Shown: positions 1-12,040, counted from the first letter of the stretch. The stretch: DNA of 64,000 nucleotides from Eledone cirrhosa (GCA_964016885.1 OZ024747.1:92752001-92816000); one strand, 5' to 3'. Notes: generated from the sequence alone by a model not told the origin. Program-made: numbers and translations.

Positions 1-108
1 CGTACACATACATACACATACATACACATGTATACACACATACACATACATATACACGTATACACACATACACACACATACACACATGTATACACACACA
101 TACACACA
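1..108. repeat. Compound (CA)/(TACA) microsatellite
   Basis: Directly visible. Confidence 0.95.
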
Positions 109-530
109 GGCATAGTGAAAATAAAAAATTGTAATAAAATATTTATAGTTTAATATATGTAAAGTAAATTATATTGAGTGCATGTTGATGATACAATTAT
201 TATTTTAATTTAATTATCAATTAGACTAAAATTTGTGATTATGATAATTCATAAAATCAATGTGCATATTATATGAGATTTATATAATTTATATATTATT
301 CATTAATTAAATATGAATTCAATGTAGTTTGATTTGTGTCTGTATGCCAAGAGGATTTTAATGTGCTCCATTATTAGATCTCCTGGCCTTGTCATTTTTA
401 CAAGGAATTTGAAGTGAAGGTCATGAAATTGGTCGTTTATTTTATTTTACCAGTTTGTTGTGAAGTGCCACGGATATTTCATTGTCTAATAATAGTCAGA
501 AAAACAAGAAAATAATTTCATTATTATTAT

Positions 531-720
531 TGGTGAATTGGCAGTATCGGTAGAGGGTCGGACACCATGCTTTCCAGCATAATTACGTCCCTTTATGGTC
601 TGAGTTCAAATCCCGTCAAGGTTAACTTTGCCTTTTATCCTTACGAGGTCAATAAAATAAAGTACCAGTAATGTACTGGGTAATTGCTGGTCTTGTGCCA
701 AAAGTAGAAAAAATTATTAT
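531..720 (+). mobile_element. tRNA-derived SINE, family 1 (Nin-domain-like body, TTA tail)
   Basis: Box A-like TGGCAGTATCGG, box B GAGTTCAAATCCC, body GCCTTTCATCCTTAC-GGTCGATAAAATAAAGTACCAG; more than 12 copies in the window. Confidence 0.85.
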
Positions 721-912
721 GGCAGTATCGGTAGAGCGTCGGACACCATGCTTTGCAGCATAGAGTTGTGGCCCTTTATGGTCTGAGTTCAAATCCCGCC
801 GAGGTTAACTTTGCCTTTCATCCTTACAGAGTCGATAAAATAAAGTACCAGTAATGCACTGGGGTAATTGCTGGCCTTGTGCCAAAAGTAGAAAAAATTA
901 TTATTATTATTA
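719..912 (+). mobile_element. SINE family 1, tandem second copy
   Basis: Same sequence, starts in the TTA tail of the previous copy and ends in (TTA)n. Confidence 0.85.
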
Positions 913-1071
913 TTTTAAAATAAAATGAAAAAAGAGGAGGAAGTAGAGATGAGGAAGAGGATGAGGTAGAGATGAAGGATGAGGATGAAGAGGAGGATCA
1001 TGTTGTTAATAGTAAAAACTCACTAATAACATATACAATTACAGGAAACAAACCAGTAAGTTACTTAAAAG

Positions 1072-1134
<63 letters not shown>

Positions 1135-1220
1135 AAAAGGTAAACAGAAATAACAACACAATCGGTACAGTATATGGAAGGGATATATTAGGTTAACGCT
1201 TAATATAGCTGGAAGAGGGT

Positions 1221-1251
1221 CTTAACGTTTCGGACGCTAGTCCTTCATCAG
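1221..1251 (-). ncRNA. Minimal hammerhead ribozyme core (inverted copy of 1984-2014)
   Basis: Reverse complement reads CTGATGA-A-GGAC-tagc-GTCC-GAAA-CG-TT. Confidence 0.6.
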
Positions 1252-1423
1252 GTATATATATATGTATGTATGGTCCCGTAACTCCTGGGGGGTGTCGTAG
1301 GGGTGTTGTATGTCAATACGGCGTTTCTTAGTCATATTAAACCTGGTAGAGCCCATATACATCATCATCATCATCATCATCATCGTTTAACGTTCATCTT
1401 CCCCGCTAGCATGAGTTAGACGG

Positions 1424-1463
<40 letters not shown>

Positions 1464-1464
<1 letters not shown>

Positions 1465-1570
1465 CGACGGCTGAGCTCAAGCCGTTACGACGGCTAATTC
1501 TGTACTGAATTAGCCGTCGAAACGGCTTGAGCTCAGCCGTCGGGGTCTTACTTGTTCCTATTACCCACTC

Positions 1571-1575
<5 letters not shown>
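1464..1575 (+). mobile_element. Penelope-like terminal fragment with 3' half of a hammerhead, folded back
   Basis: GAAA-CGGCT-tgagctc-AGCCG-TC (stem III plus GUC); relatives at ~21750-21900, 21947-22062, 23891-24026, 37925-38068. Confidence 0.55.
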
Positions 1576-1615
<40 letters not shown>

Positions 1616-1763
1616 AAGAACATATAGACAAAAATTGCCTAGTTTTTCTTCATAGTCCCAACTACCTCACAACTTAGATGCACTTTGGCTGTACACCAGT
1701 TGGGACTATGAAGAAAAATTAGGCAATTTTTGTCTATATGTTCTTCACATATATATATATATA

Positions 1764-1805
<42 letters not shown>

Positions 1806-1983
1806 CCGTCTAACTCATGCTAGCATGGAAGATGAACGTTAAACGATGATGATGATGATGATGATGATGATGATATATATGGGCTCTACCAGGCTTAATA
1901 TGACCAACAAACGCTGTATTGACATACAACACCCCTACGATACCCTCCAGGAGTTACGGGACCATACATACATATATATATAT

Positions 1984-2014
1984 CTGATGAAGGACTAGCG
2001 TCCGAAACGTTAAG
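1984..2014 (+). ncRNA. Minimal hammerhead ribozyme core (Penelope-type), 5' strand of stem I lost
   Basis: CTGATGA 1984-1990, stem II GGAC/GTCC, GAAA 2004-2007, palindromic AACGTT in place of stem III. Confidence 0.65.
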
Positions 2015-2130
2015 ACCCTCTTCCTGCTATATTAAGCGTTAACCTAATATATCCCTTCCATATACTGTACCGATTCTGTTGTTATTTCTGTTTACCTTTT
2101 ACACACACACATATATATATATAGTGAAGG

Positions 2131-2175
2131 ATAGACTGCTAACGAGCAACAGAGTTGCTAGAAAGAGCAGTCTAT
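2131..2175 (+). ncRNA. Degenerate hammerhead motif
   Basis: Stem I ATAGACTG/CAGTCTAT, core CTAACGA (one mismatch), stem II GCAAC/GTTGC, GAAA. Confidence 0.4.
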
Positions 2176-2335
2176 TTCAGTCTAATTTTTACTCAAACAA
2201 ATTATAGAAAATACATATAGATATAGATACATAAGTGTAAACATATATATGGGTGGTGTCTATCCTTTACCAGTTTTGGTCGATGACTGAATGAATTGAA
2301 TAAATGATCAATTATATATATATATATATATATAT

Positions 2336-2488
2336 GGTGTTAGGAAGGGCATCCAGCTGTAGAAAACCCGCCAGACAGTCCTATGCGAGCAAGACAATCA
2401 CTCTTGCCTCAAGTGGGAAAACCCCCATCCAAACCCATGCAAGCGTGTAACACGGACGTTAAACGTTGATGATGATGATGATGATGAG
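2336..2488 (+). mobile_element. RTE LINE 3' end with (GAT)n tail
   Basis: Matches the 3' UTR of the RTE at 13908-16263. Confidence 0.85.
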
Positions 2489-3623
2489 ATCTGTGGATAA
2501 AATCTGTGGATAAAATCTGTCTTGATTTTTTTTTAATTGAGTTTGAATTATTTTCCCATATCTTACATTAATTATTTTTCATTTTGACGTTATAGTTAGT
2601 CACTTATATATTATGAAATACTGTTGGCTTCTTGCTCACAATAATTTCTATATTTTCATTTATATATATATATACATATATATATTAGAAATTTAGGTTT
2701 TTTTAAAAGCTGTCCAACACAGGTAAAAATATAAGGAAAAGAAATTGAAAATGCAACTGGAGTCTGTTAAGAATATTTATTTACTATATTTACTTTACCA
2801 GTTTCACAGTTCTTATGATTTTCAAAAGTAAAATCAAGATGGAGGGTTTGTGTTTCTGTTGTGGTTTATCTCATATATATAGAGAGAGAGAGAGAGAGTG
2901 AGAGGAGGGGGTTATATACTACTAGTGTACCTCTGTCATAAAAAATGACATCAGGTTTATTAACTACAGCAAATACTGCAACATCCATTCAAAACAATAG
3001 GTGGAAACATTGATAAATTTCTTACCTTTTGTATTTAATAGTTAAATATTATTAATAGTAGAGAAATGTAATACTACTTAAAATGATGGATCACATTTGA
3101 GACATTAAACTGACAGTTTGTTTTACTTGTAACATTTAAAATAGTCAAATAAGTTGGGTGAATTACATTTAAAGACAGACAATAGTAGACAGCAATGTCT
3201 GCAGGAATCATACATCTGCCATATGCTGGACAACTGTGATAGCCATTACACAAATATATAGTTTAATTCCCACAGGGCCTCTCTACTCACCATTTTCTAT
3301 CTCTAAGGGTAATTTATGCAACTTATTTTACTATTGTGGCAACCTTTTACAACAAAAGCAAATTTCTTCATAAACTTATCATATATATATAGAGAGAGAG
3401 ATACATATAAATATAAATGTTATTCAATTGATGAAAGTTGGTTGATCGTATAATCTGCCAGCATTTTTGTAAACAGACATAAAGCTCTCTATGATTTGTA
3501 TTCCTTAGGATTTTCTTGGTATCAACTGGGTATCAACTGGAATTTCAATATTATGAATAAGAGAGACGGTTTTATTCATACATGTAATAAGAAGATGTAT
3601 GAATAAAACTGTCTCTCTTATTC

Positions 3624-3708
<85 letters not shown>

Positions 3709-3867
3709 GGATATATGGATAAATATTCTTGTAATTGTGTGTGTGTATATACATTCAAACATATTGTTGTAATTTAGTCGCAATTTAGTTTCAAATGGCA
3801 AAACATCTACCAAAATGCAACAATGTATGTATATATGATTGTATGTATGTATGTATGTTTGTATATG

Positions 3868-4480
3868 TCAGGTCACCAGTTGGTGCTACTGGTAACATGT
3901 ATCCCAGTACAACCTGTCTCATGGTCGGGTCGTTGGCGACTAAACTGGCAACCCCACGAAGGTTTCTTGGTGAGGAGGGTGACTTTGGACATCCTGCAGG
4001 ACTAAAAACAAAACCTGTCAAAGGGCAAAGGAGCTCTTAAGAGTCAATGGCCATCCAAAATCACCGGGAGAGATGACCCCTTAGCTTTTGTCAAGGCAGA
4101 ATTCTAGGAGAAGGAAAACTCTGATATAACACCTGCAACCCTGATGGTATCCAATGATGTTGACTTGTTCTTCTTTTTTGGTAAATATCATCTTGGTTAA
4201 GAGAGTGGGACTGGCTTTGTGCAGTGCCTTTGCTCACTATAAAAGCTTCACGGCACAGGCATTGCTTTATATATGGAGATCTCTCTGCACTTGTCATCAC
4301 ATGGTACCATGGGCCCAGCACTATGTGTCACAAGTTTAGTGTTTGTACCAGAGTTTTCAAGTCGCTGGCTGGACTAAAAAGTCACACTCGTTCGGTAGGG
4401 GTTCTCCTACATGGATATAAAGTAGTGGCCGTACTCAAAAACGAGTTGGCAGCCACCATGTATGTTTGTATGTATGTATG
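3868..4480 (+). mobile_element. Bipartite non-autonomous RTE derivative (5' UTR + extreme 3' end), (ATGT)n tail
   Basis: RTE-type 5' UTR motif CTAGGAGAAGGAAAACTCTGA; 3' part encodes a C2H2-like remnant ([19 protein letters not shown]); no RT. Confidence 0.7.
3871..3948 (+). ncRNA. Candidate HDV-like ribozyme at element 5' end
   Basis: P1 GGTCA/TGGTC, J1/2 hairpin ACCAGT/ACTGGT, P2 CCAG(T)/(A)CTGG, CC/GG P1.1, P4 TCG-ttgg-CGA, then CTAA; P3 imperfect. Confidence 0.45.
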
Positions 4481-5060
4481 TCAGGTCGGTCCTCAGTGCT
4501 ACTGGTAACATGTAATCCAGTACAACCTGTGCATGGTTGGATCGTTGACGACTAAACCAGCAACCCCACCAAGCTTGCTTGGTGAGGAGGGTGAATTTGG
4601 ACACCTTGCGGGATGAAAAACAAGTCCTGTCAAACGATGGAGGAACTCAGGAGTCAACTGCCATCCAATAAAGTATTTTTTTGTGGAGATAGAAACTCCT
4701 GGTCTTCATGAAGAGGTCACTCTGATATAAAACCTGAGACTTTCTTTGCATCCAATGATGTAAACCAGTTCTTCTTTTTGGACAAATACATTCGATGTTC
4801 AGAGAGTGGGATTGGCTCTGTGCAAAGCCTTTCCTCACTTAAAAAAGCTTCAAACACAGACATCGCTTGATATGTGACATTTTTTGCAATGCATTGTATT
4901 GCTGGCCATAGCCAAGTCTCTAGAAGGACTAAAAAACCACATCTGTAATGTTCATACTTTAATATCAAGTGATGGCATTACTCGACATTGAGTTGCAGCC
5001 ATCATGTATGAATGTATGTATGTGTGCATGTGTGTATGTGTAGTTATGTATTTATGTATG
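4481..5060 (+). mobile_element. Diverged subfamily of the bipartite RTE derivative, in tandem
   Basis: Collinear with 3868-4480 (GGTAACATGTA, GACTAAAC, GGACTAAAAA, GAGTTG-CAGCCA, ATGT tail). Confidence 0.7.
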
Positions 5061-5064
5061 TATG

Positions 5065-5125
<61 letters not shown>

Positions 5126-5126
<1 letters not shown>

Positions 5127-6001
5127 TGTCCAAGGAGGAAATAACAACAAGGAGGAAGAGCAGCCTTCATGAAAAATTCCTTCGTAGCACCTTCTTTAAG
5201 AAAACGGATTCAGAGATCCACAGACATGGAACTGGTTAAAAAGAGGAGACCTTAAAAAGCTACAGAAGGAATGCTAATGGCTGTGCAAGAGCAAGCCCTC
5301 AGAACAAAGTGGGTGAAACACCATATTGACAAGGAGGAGGCTAGGTCACTGTGTAGGATCTGTGGAGAGAGAGAGAAGACTGTGGCTCACATTGTATCCG
5401 AGTGTAATCACCTAGCCCAAACTCACTATAAAGGCTGGAGACATGATGTGACAGGCAGGGTGATCCACTGGTATCTATGCAAACTAAACAATTTACCACA
5501 TTCTGAGAAGTGTTATGAGCATAAGCCAGAGTCGGTGATAGAAAACGATCAGGTGAAGGTGCTGTGGGATTTTAGAATACAGACGGACAATAAATTAGAA
5601 CACAATAGGCCTGAGCTGGTGGTTTTGGACAAGGAAAAATAATTTTGCCTGATTGTAGATGTAGCATGCCCATTTGACACAAGAGTGCAAGAAAAGGAGA
5701 GGGAGAAAATTAACCGATACCAGGATTTAAAGTGGGAGTTAAAAAGGATTTGGAACTGCCATGATGTCAAGGTCGTCCCAATTGTCATAGGCACACTAGG
5801 TACTATCTCAAAGAGTTTCCAAGGATGGTTAAATAAGATTAGTCCAGCCCCGTTTTTTGGAACACTTCAAAAGGCATGCTTGCTGGGAACAGCAAGAACC
5901 CTCAAATACGTCTTGAATGTCTGAGGCTGTAGGTAGTGGCTTGATATTCATTTCAACAAACTTTCCAGTTAAATAACATCAATGACTGAGACTCAAAGAA
6001 C

Positions 6002-6073
<72 letters not shown>
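5126..6073 (+). mobile_element. Dong/R4-clade RLE retrotransposon, 5'-truncated and disrupted, in (TAA)n
   Basis: CRICGEREKTVAHIVSEC zinc knuckle, RHD, RP-E-LVVLD..DVACPFD endonuclease motifs; frameshift near 5255 and stop at 5640; flanked by (TAA)n. Confidence 0.88.
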
Positions 6074-6075
<2 letters not shown>

Positions 6076-6096
6076 AAATGAAGGAATTGTTAAGAA

Positions 6097-6142
<46 letters not shown>

Positions 6143-6146
<4 letters not shown>

Positions 6147-7412
6147 TGAAGGAATTGTTAAGAACTGAATACATTCGGAGAGTAAGGAGCGTATTGAAGT
6201 CACATCTGAACAGCAGAAATGCCATAAGCGCAGTAAATTCCCGAGCTGTGTCTATTATTAGGTACAGTGCAGGAATTCTGAGATGGAATGTTGCTGAACA
6301 AAAAGAAATGGATAGGAAGACTAGGAAGCTATTGACTATCTACAACATGTTCCACAAGAGGAGTGATGTCGATAGACTCTACCTAAGGAGATCTGAGGGT
6401 GGAAGAGGTCTTATCAGCATAGAGGACTGTGTTCAGATGGAGAAAAACAACCTATACAAATACGTGACCTATAGTAAGGAGCCAATGCTCAGAACTGTAC
6501 TGAAGGAGGGGACAGTAGGCCAGGGGATGTCCAGGGAGGAAATAACATCAAGGAGGAAGAGCAGCCTTAAGGGAAAATCCCTTCATAGTACCTTCTTTGA
6601 GAAAACTGAATTTAGAGATCCACAGACATGGAACTGGTTGAGAAGAGGAGACCTCAAAAAGGCTACAGAAGGAATGCTAATGGCTGCGCAGGAGCAGGCC
6701 CTCAAAACGAAGTGGTTGAAGCACCATATCTACAAGGAGGAGGCTAGCCCACTGTGCAGGATCTGTGGAGAGAGAGAGGAGACTGTGGCTCACATTGTGT
6801 CCGAGTGTAAACACCTAGCCCAGACCCACTATAAGGGCTGGAGACACGATGTGATGGGCAGGGTGATCCACTGGCACCTGTGCAAAGTAAACAATCTACC
6901 ACATTCTGAGAAATGGTATGAGCATAGGCCAGAGGCGGTGATGGAGAACAATCAGGTGAAGGTGCTGTGGGATTTTAGGATACAGACGGACAAGAAACTG
7001 GAACACAATAGACCTGACCTGGTGGTTTTGGACAAAGAAAAAAGATCGTGCCTGATGGTGGATGTGGCCTGCCCATTCGACACGAGAGTGCAAGAGAAGG
7101 AGAGGGAGAAAATTAACCGATACCAGGACCTAAAGTGGGAGGTGAAAAGGATTTGGAACTGCCATGAAGTCAAAGTGATCCCGATTGTCATAGGCGCACT
7201 GGGGACTATCTCCAAAAGTTTCCAGGGTGGTTAAAGAAAATCGGCCCCTTCACGCTTTTTGGAACGCTTCAAAAGGCATGCTTGCTTGGAACAGCAAGAA
7301 CCCTCCGATACGTCCTGAATATCTGAGGCTGCAGGTAGTGGCTTGATATTCAATCCAACAGACTTTCCAGTTAACCAACATCAATGACTGAGATTCAAGG
7401 AATAACAATAAC

Positions 7413-7445
<33 letters not shown>
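6143..7445 (+). mobile_element. Dong/R4-clade RLE retrotransposon, second 5'-truncated copy
   Basis: RLYLRRSEGGRGL, CCHC knuckle, RPDLVVLD/DVACPFD/EKINRY; same 3' UTR as the first copy; (AAT)n on both sides. Confidence 0.9.
6146..7326 (+). pseudogene. C-terminal part of R4/Dong polyprotein (RT thumb, CCHC, restriction-like endonuclease)
   Basis: 362 aa open, then a frameshift near 7228; natural stop at 7324-7326 by comparison with the first copy. Confidence 0.85.
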
Positions 7446-7446
<1 letters not shown>

Positions 7447-8838
7447 GAAATTATTGTGTATGCATGTATGCATGTGTACATGTGTGTATGTATGTATGTA
7501 CGTATCTATGCATGTATGCATGTATGTATGGTTACATGTACATATTATGTCTTTAGACTTGGTTACTAATCAGAAAGCTATAAACCTCCATAGGACATGG
7601 TTTAAGACAACAGACATATGTAACTGTAACTTAAGTGTGAATTACTTGCCCTGAGAGATTTCTTAGAATTTCACAGTTTTCTCATTGATTGCTGATTGTC
7701 ATGCACATCATTGTTAAAGGACTGTCTGAGTGTTTATCTTCTGCATTTCTAACATTCAGTTGATGAGAAAAGTCTTCTATCTAGGATGCTTGTCAATGGC
7801 TGATTAATTCCCCATATTAAGTGGTATCTACTTGCTAGTAAGATGGTATGATGTAAATAGGATGAAGTACTTGGGTTAAGAAGATAATAATGACTCACTT
7901 TTGTCAACGTTGTCTCAAATATTAGAAACCAGATTATTTAGAGTTTCCCAATCTTTACTATTTCTGAATGAGCATACTTTTATAAAACTATATGTAATGT
8001 AAATAAATGTCTAATTACTTTTATTTTAAAACCTAAACATTTTAAAATAAATCAATAAAGTAAGTTATGAGATATTTAATATCTAAAAAATTGGAGAGAA
8101 GTTGGATACAATTCAAAATAATTTTTGTCATTTTTCGATAAATATATCTATAAAACAATTCAATTTTTTCTTTTTTTTTCTTTTGGCTTTGTTTGATAAA
8201 ATGAATGTATTTCTTTAATTAAAATTACAAAGTACAATATCATCATATCTTTGTCTCAATTTAAAAATATCATGCAAACAAAAAAAAAATGGCAGCTATG
8301 TGAATGAATGATATTTTTATGATATTTTTATTTTATTCAAGTAATTTCACACTGAAAAATGAATACTCTGGGACATCTACATATAAAATTTGTAGGAGGA
8401 GATACCACATTTTGAAAAATTTAATTGAAAATAAGTTTTCTTTATATATTTTAAATTTATATTGTTTGTACAATCCAATTCAAAATTTCTGCCCTTTTTC
8501 ATATTACTAATGATTTCATGTAAAACCTCCTAATTATGTAAATATCTTAGAATAAACAAAGGTAAAAAATCTGACTGACAATTATATTAATTTTCAATAG
8601 ATATGTATAAATAATTGACTGATGACATGTAAAATGTGAATCAAAAACTGTTTGATTGGAGCTTTGTTTAACAACTATATTCTCCTCCTCATATAGATAT
8701 GAATTGATAAGGTGTGTAATAAAATGTAGTGAATGTTGTTGTTTAGCTCCAAGACACCTCTAAGATACCTCATCTTGCTCATGCATTCCATATTTGGTGT
8801 GGTTTCTATAACTGGATATCCTTCCTAACACCAACCAA

Positions 8839-9640
8839 CTTACAGGGTGTACTGTGTGTATATTATCATGGTACTAGTAGTGCCACTTTACAGAGTGTAC
8901 TGGGTGTATATTATCATGGTACTAGCACTGCCACTTTACAGAGTGTACTAGGTGTATATTATCATGATACTAGCACTGCCACATTACAGAGTATACTGGG
9001 TGTATATTATCACGGTACTAGCACTGCTACCTTGCAGAGTATACTGGGTGTATATTATCATGGTACTAACACTGCTACCTTGTAGAGTGTACTGGGTGCA
9101 TTTTATCATAGTACTAGCACTGCCACATTACAGAGTGTACTGGGTGTATACTATCATGGTACTAGCGCTGCTACTTTGCAGAGTGTACTGGGTACATTTT
9201 ATCATGGTACTAGCACTGCCACCTTACAGAGTGTACTGGGTGTATATTATCATGGTACTAGCACTGCCACCTTACAGAGTGTACTGGGTGTATATTATCA
9301 TGGTACTAGCACTGCTACTTTACAGAGTGTACTGGGTGTATATTATCATGGTACTAGCACTGCCATTTTACAGAGTATACTGGGTGTATATTATCATGGT
9401 ACTAGCACTGCTACTTTACAGAGTGTACTGGGTGTATATTATCATGGTACTAGCACTGCTACTTTACAGAGTGTACTGGGTGTATATTATCATGGTACTA
9501 GCACTGCTACTTTACAGAGTGTACTGGGTGTATATTATCATGGTACTAGCACTGCCATTTTACAGAGTGTACTGGGTGTATATTATCATGGTACTAGCAC
9601 TGCTACTTTACAGAGTGTACTGGGTGCATTTTATTATCGC
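8839..9640. repeat. 48-bp minisatellite, ~17 units, inside an RTE-type 3' UTR (minus strand)
   Basis: Unit TTTACAGAGTGTACTGGGTGTATATTATCATGGTACTAGCACTGCTAC; left flank CTGGATATCCTTCCTAACACCAACC matches the RTE 3' UTR. Confidence 0.92.
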
Positions 9641-9772
9641 ACCAGCACTAGAGAGGTTGCTATATATTCACCAGACAGCAGCGCTCTCCTTGCTCTATAT
9701 AGTCTGTTTAGTCGACAACCACATTACAAAGAGTACAGGGTGTTTCTATCAGTATCTCAGTGGGTTCCATTA

Positions 9773-9950
9773 TTGGCAGTATCGGTAGAGGGTCGGACGC
9801 CATGCTTTCCAGCATAGTTACGTCCCTTTACAATCTGAGTTCAAATCCCGCCGAGGTTGACTTTGCCTTTCATCCTTACGGGGTCGATAAAATAAAGTAC
9901 CAGTAATGCACTGGGTAATTGCTGGCCTTGTGCCTAAAGTAGAAACAATT
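9773..9950 (+). mobile_element. SINE family 1
   Basis: Full A/B box, body and AGTAGAAACAATT end. Confidence 0.85.
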
Positions 9951-9959
9951 ATATCACGG

Positions 9960-10200
9960 GTTGTTTTGTCCACTGTAAAATGCGTATAATATATTTATTT
10001 CTACAAGATTTGTATCATCTGCACAGTAATGTATGTTGTTAGATGATTCTTGTGCAATATATGATTGAAGGCTATATTATTAATCTTCTTTTTCCTGATT
10101 GGGACACCATTCAGACACGTTTTTAGCAACTACCTGTGCCTCGACCCATGTAAAATGCCTTTTTCTCGGCTCATTTTCAATTGTTCCATGCCAGGTATTC
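9960..10200 (-). mobile_element. Possible ancient CR1/L2-type RT remnant
   Basis: Minus-strand translation gives GVP...SSNNIHYCADDTNL with stops. Confidence 0.3.
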
Positions 10201-11879
10201 TTTCAAGATGAGATTTCTCCAATTTGTCAAGTCTTAGATCATTACAACCCATCCAAACTATGCCAGACGAGGTTCAAACTTGCCAGTCATTACAGATAGA
10301 TTTTAATATCATTTTCATTAGCTTAGTGTATCACTGCTCTTACTTCAATAAAAGTCTCTAACTTAAGCATTAACTGTAAAATATCAGAAACACTGAATTG
10401 TTTTCATAACTTTTAACTTTCTAAAGATATTACTTCAAAGAATTTCTTCATCAACTTCATTTCTCTGAATGAATGATATGGTACACAATAATAATTTTGT
10501 TACTTTTTCTGTTATTGAACCAATTTACTTTTACTTCATATTAACTTGACCTCTGAAATGTTGCTAGGGCCTTCGTATTTCAGAGCATAGTAAATACATT
10601 CTCTATAAATATATTCTCTGTACAATTAAAATAAATCTTAGTTGGTTTTCTCAAAGTGTAAGGTATATTTTGATTAGTGCTCTTAATTTATTTTGTCTTT
10701 CACTAAATATTACTTATGTTTTTACTGTGAAGAAAAAGAACATTTCTGAAAGAGGGAAATTAATTAGTCTCTTCTAAATAAAGGAAATGACAATAGACAA
10801 AATTCACTTATTATTAAGGATAAAGGTCAAAATAATGTATGTACAATGAGCATACCACCCTTAAGTATGTGCTGTTTATGGCTATTAAATTGAGTCCTTG
10901 ACCAAATATAGTTACCAAGTGCTTCTCATACATAATAAACTACCTTGTTTTAAACACCTACATGATTTTAGGGTTTAACTATAACAACTTGAGAACATTT
11001 CATGTGTAGCAAAAATATCAACTAACAAAAATATGAGCTTTATATGTGCGGTGCTATTAAGTTAGACATGGTCTTGGCTTATACTTGCTGAAACCTATCT
11101 AAGTTATACTTATTCTTCACAGTGTTGTTCTGTATTAACTATATACGATCTACAATGCTATCACTTCTTTATCCTTTATTCCTAATTACCAGTCTAGATT
11201 TATTTTAATCTTAGGTACCCGCTTTCATGCCAACATTCACTCCATCAATATTTCAATATTTCCTTGGTTTACTTGCTTAATCAAAACAATATGGAAGAAC
11301 TTGTTTTCAGGAATTAAGTTAGGTTCAAAGCTTTGCTCTTGTCAGATTATTTTTAATTTATGCTGCTTCAACCAACTTAAAATAAAGATATTCACAACAT
11401 ACTGTGAATATTCTGTTAGGCTTATAAGATGGGGATTATTGTGCAATTAGAAGGTATAAAAAGCTTAGTTGCATTTATATATCATAACTTAAAGTAACAT
11501 CACCGGGTAGAATATCATCACAGAGCTTAATTCCACCATTCTTTTTGATTCTTTTTTTTTATACTGAGATGTGACACCATTCACTAATGCCACACTATTC
11601 TTGTGGACAAATGATTGTGGTATATTCATTAATGAGCTTTTGTTAATCAACTATATTACCTTATTTCAGATGTCTATGAAATAACAGTTACAACCCAGTT
11701 GTTCAAAGATTCATGAGGCCAAAGTCCAACACTGAAAATGTTTATATTACATTTAACCAAAATCCAAATAATTCACATGTAGCATTTTGAAAATTGAATC
11801 TTCTGAAGGAAAATTTTGAGTTATAGATAATTAACCCTTTAGCATTTACCCAAGAAACGATGTTTCCATTGGTTTTTCC

Positions 11880-12040
11880 ATTGCTGATACTATCTATCGG
11901 TTGCATCAACTGGCAGAAAGAGCAGCGTGAAATAAAGTGTCTTGCTCAGGGAAACAACGCATCACCTGGTCCGAGAATTGAACTCACAACTTCACAACTG
12001 CAAATCCAACTCTCTAACCACTAAGCCACACACCTTCACT
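11880..12040 (-). mobile_element. tRNA-derived SINE, family 2 (Meta-domain-like)
   Basis: Reverse complement GTGGCTTAGTGGTTAGAG..GAGTTCAATTCTC..TGAGCAAGACACTTTATTTCACG. Confidence 0.75.

Larger units (their letters stand above)
1075..2122. repeat. ~1 kb nested inverted repeat bounded by (TA)n
   Basis: Arm ~1121-1425 is the reverse complement of ~1795-2112; two independent hairpins lie in the loop (1464-1543, 1611-1750). Confidence 0.93.

Noticed and set aside
531-912. tRNA genes
   Set aside because: A/B boxes present but no cloverleaf; they continue into a SINE body and tail
925-1061. Acidic exon candidate ending in GTAAGT
   Set aside because: Low-complexity GA run next to a SINE tail, no convincing acceptor, and the ATG frame stops early
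8952-9817. 278-aa and 213-aa repeat proteins, or a CRISPR-like array
   Set aside because: Head-to-tail 48-bp units with no unique spacers, embedded in a LINE UTR; no cas genes
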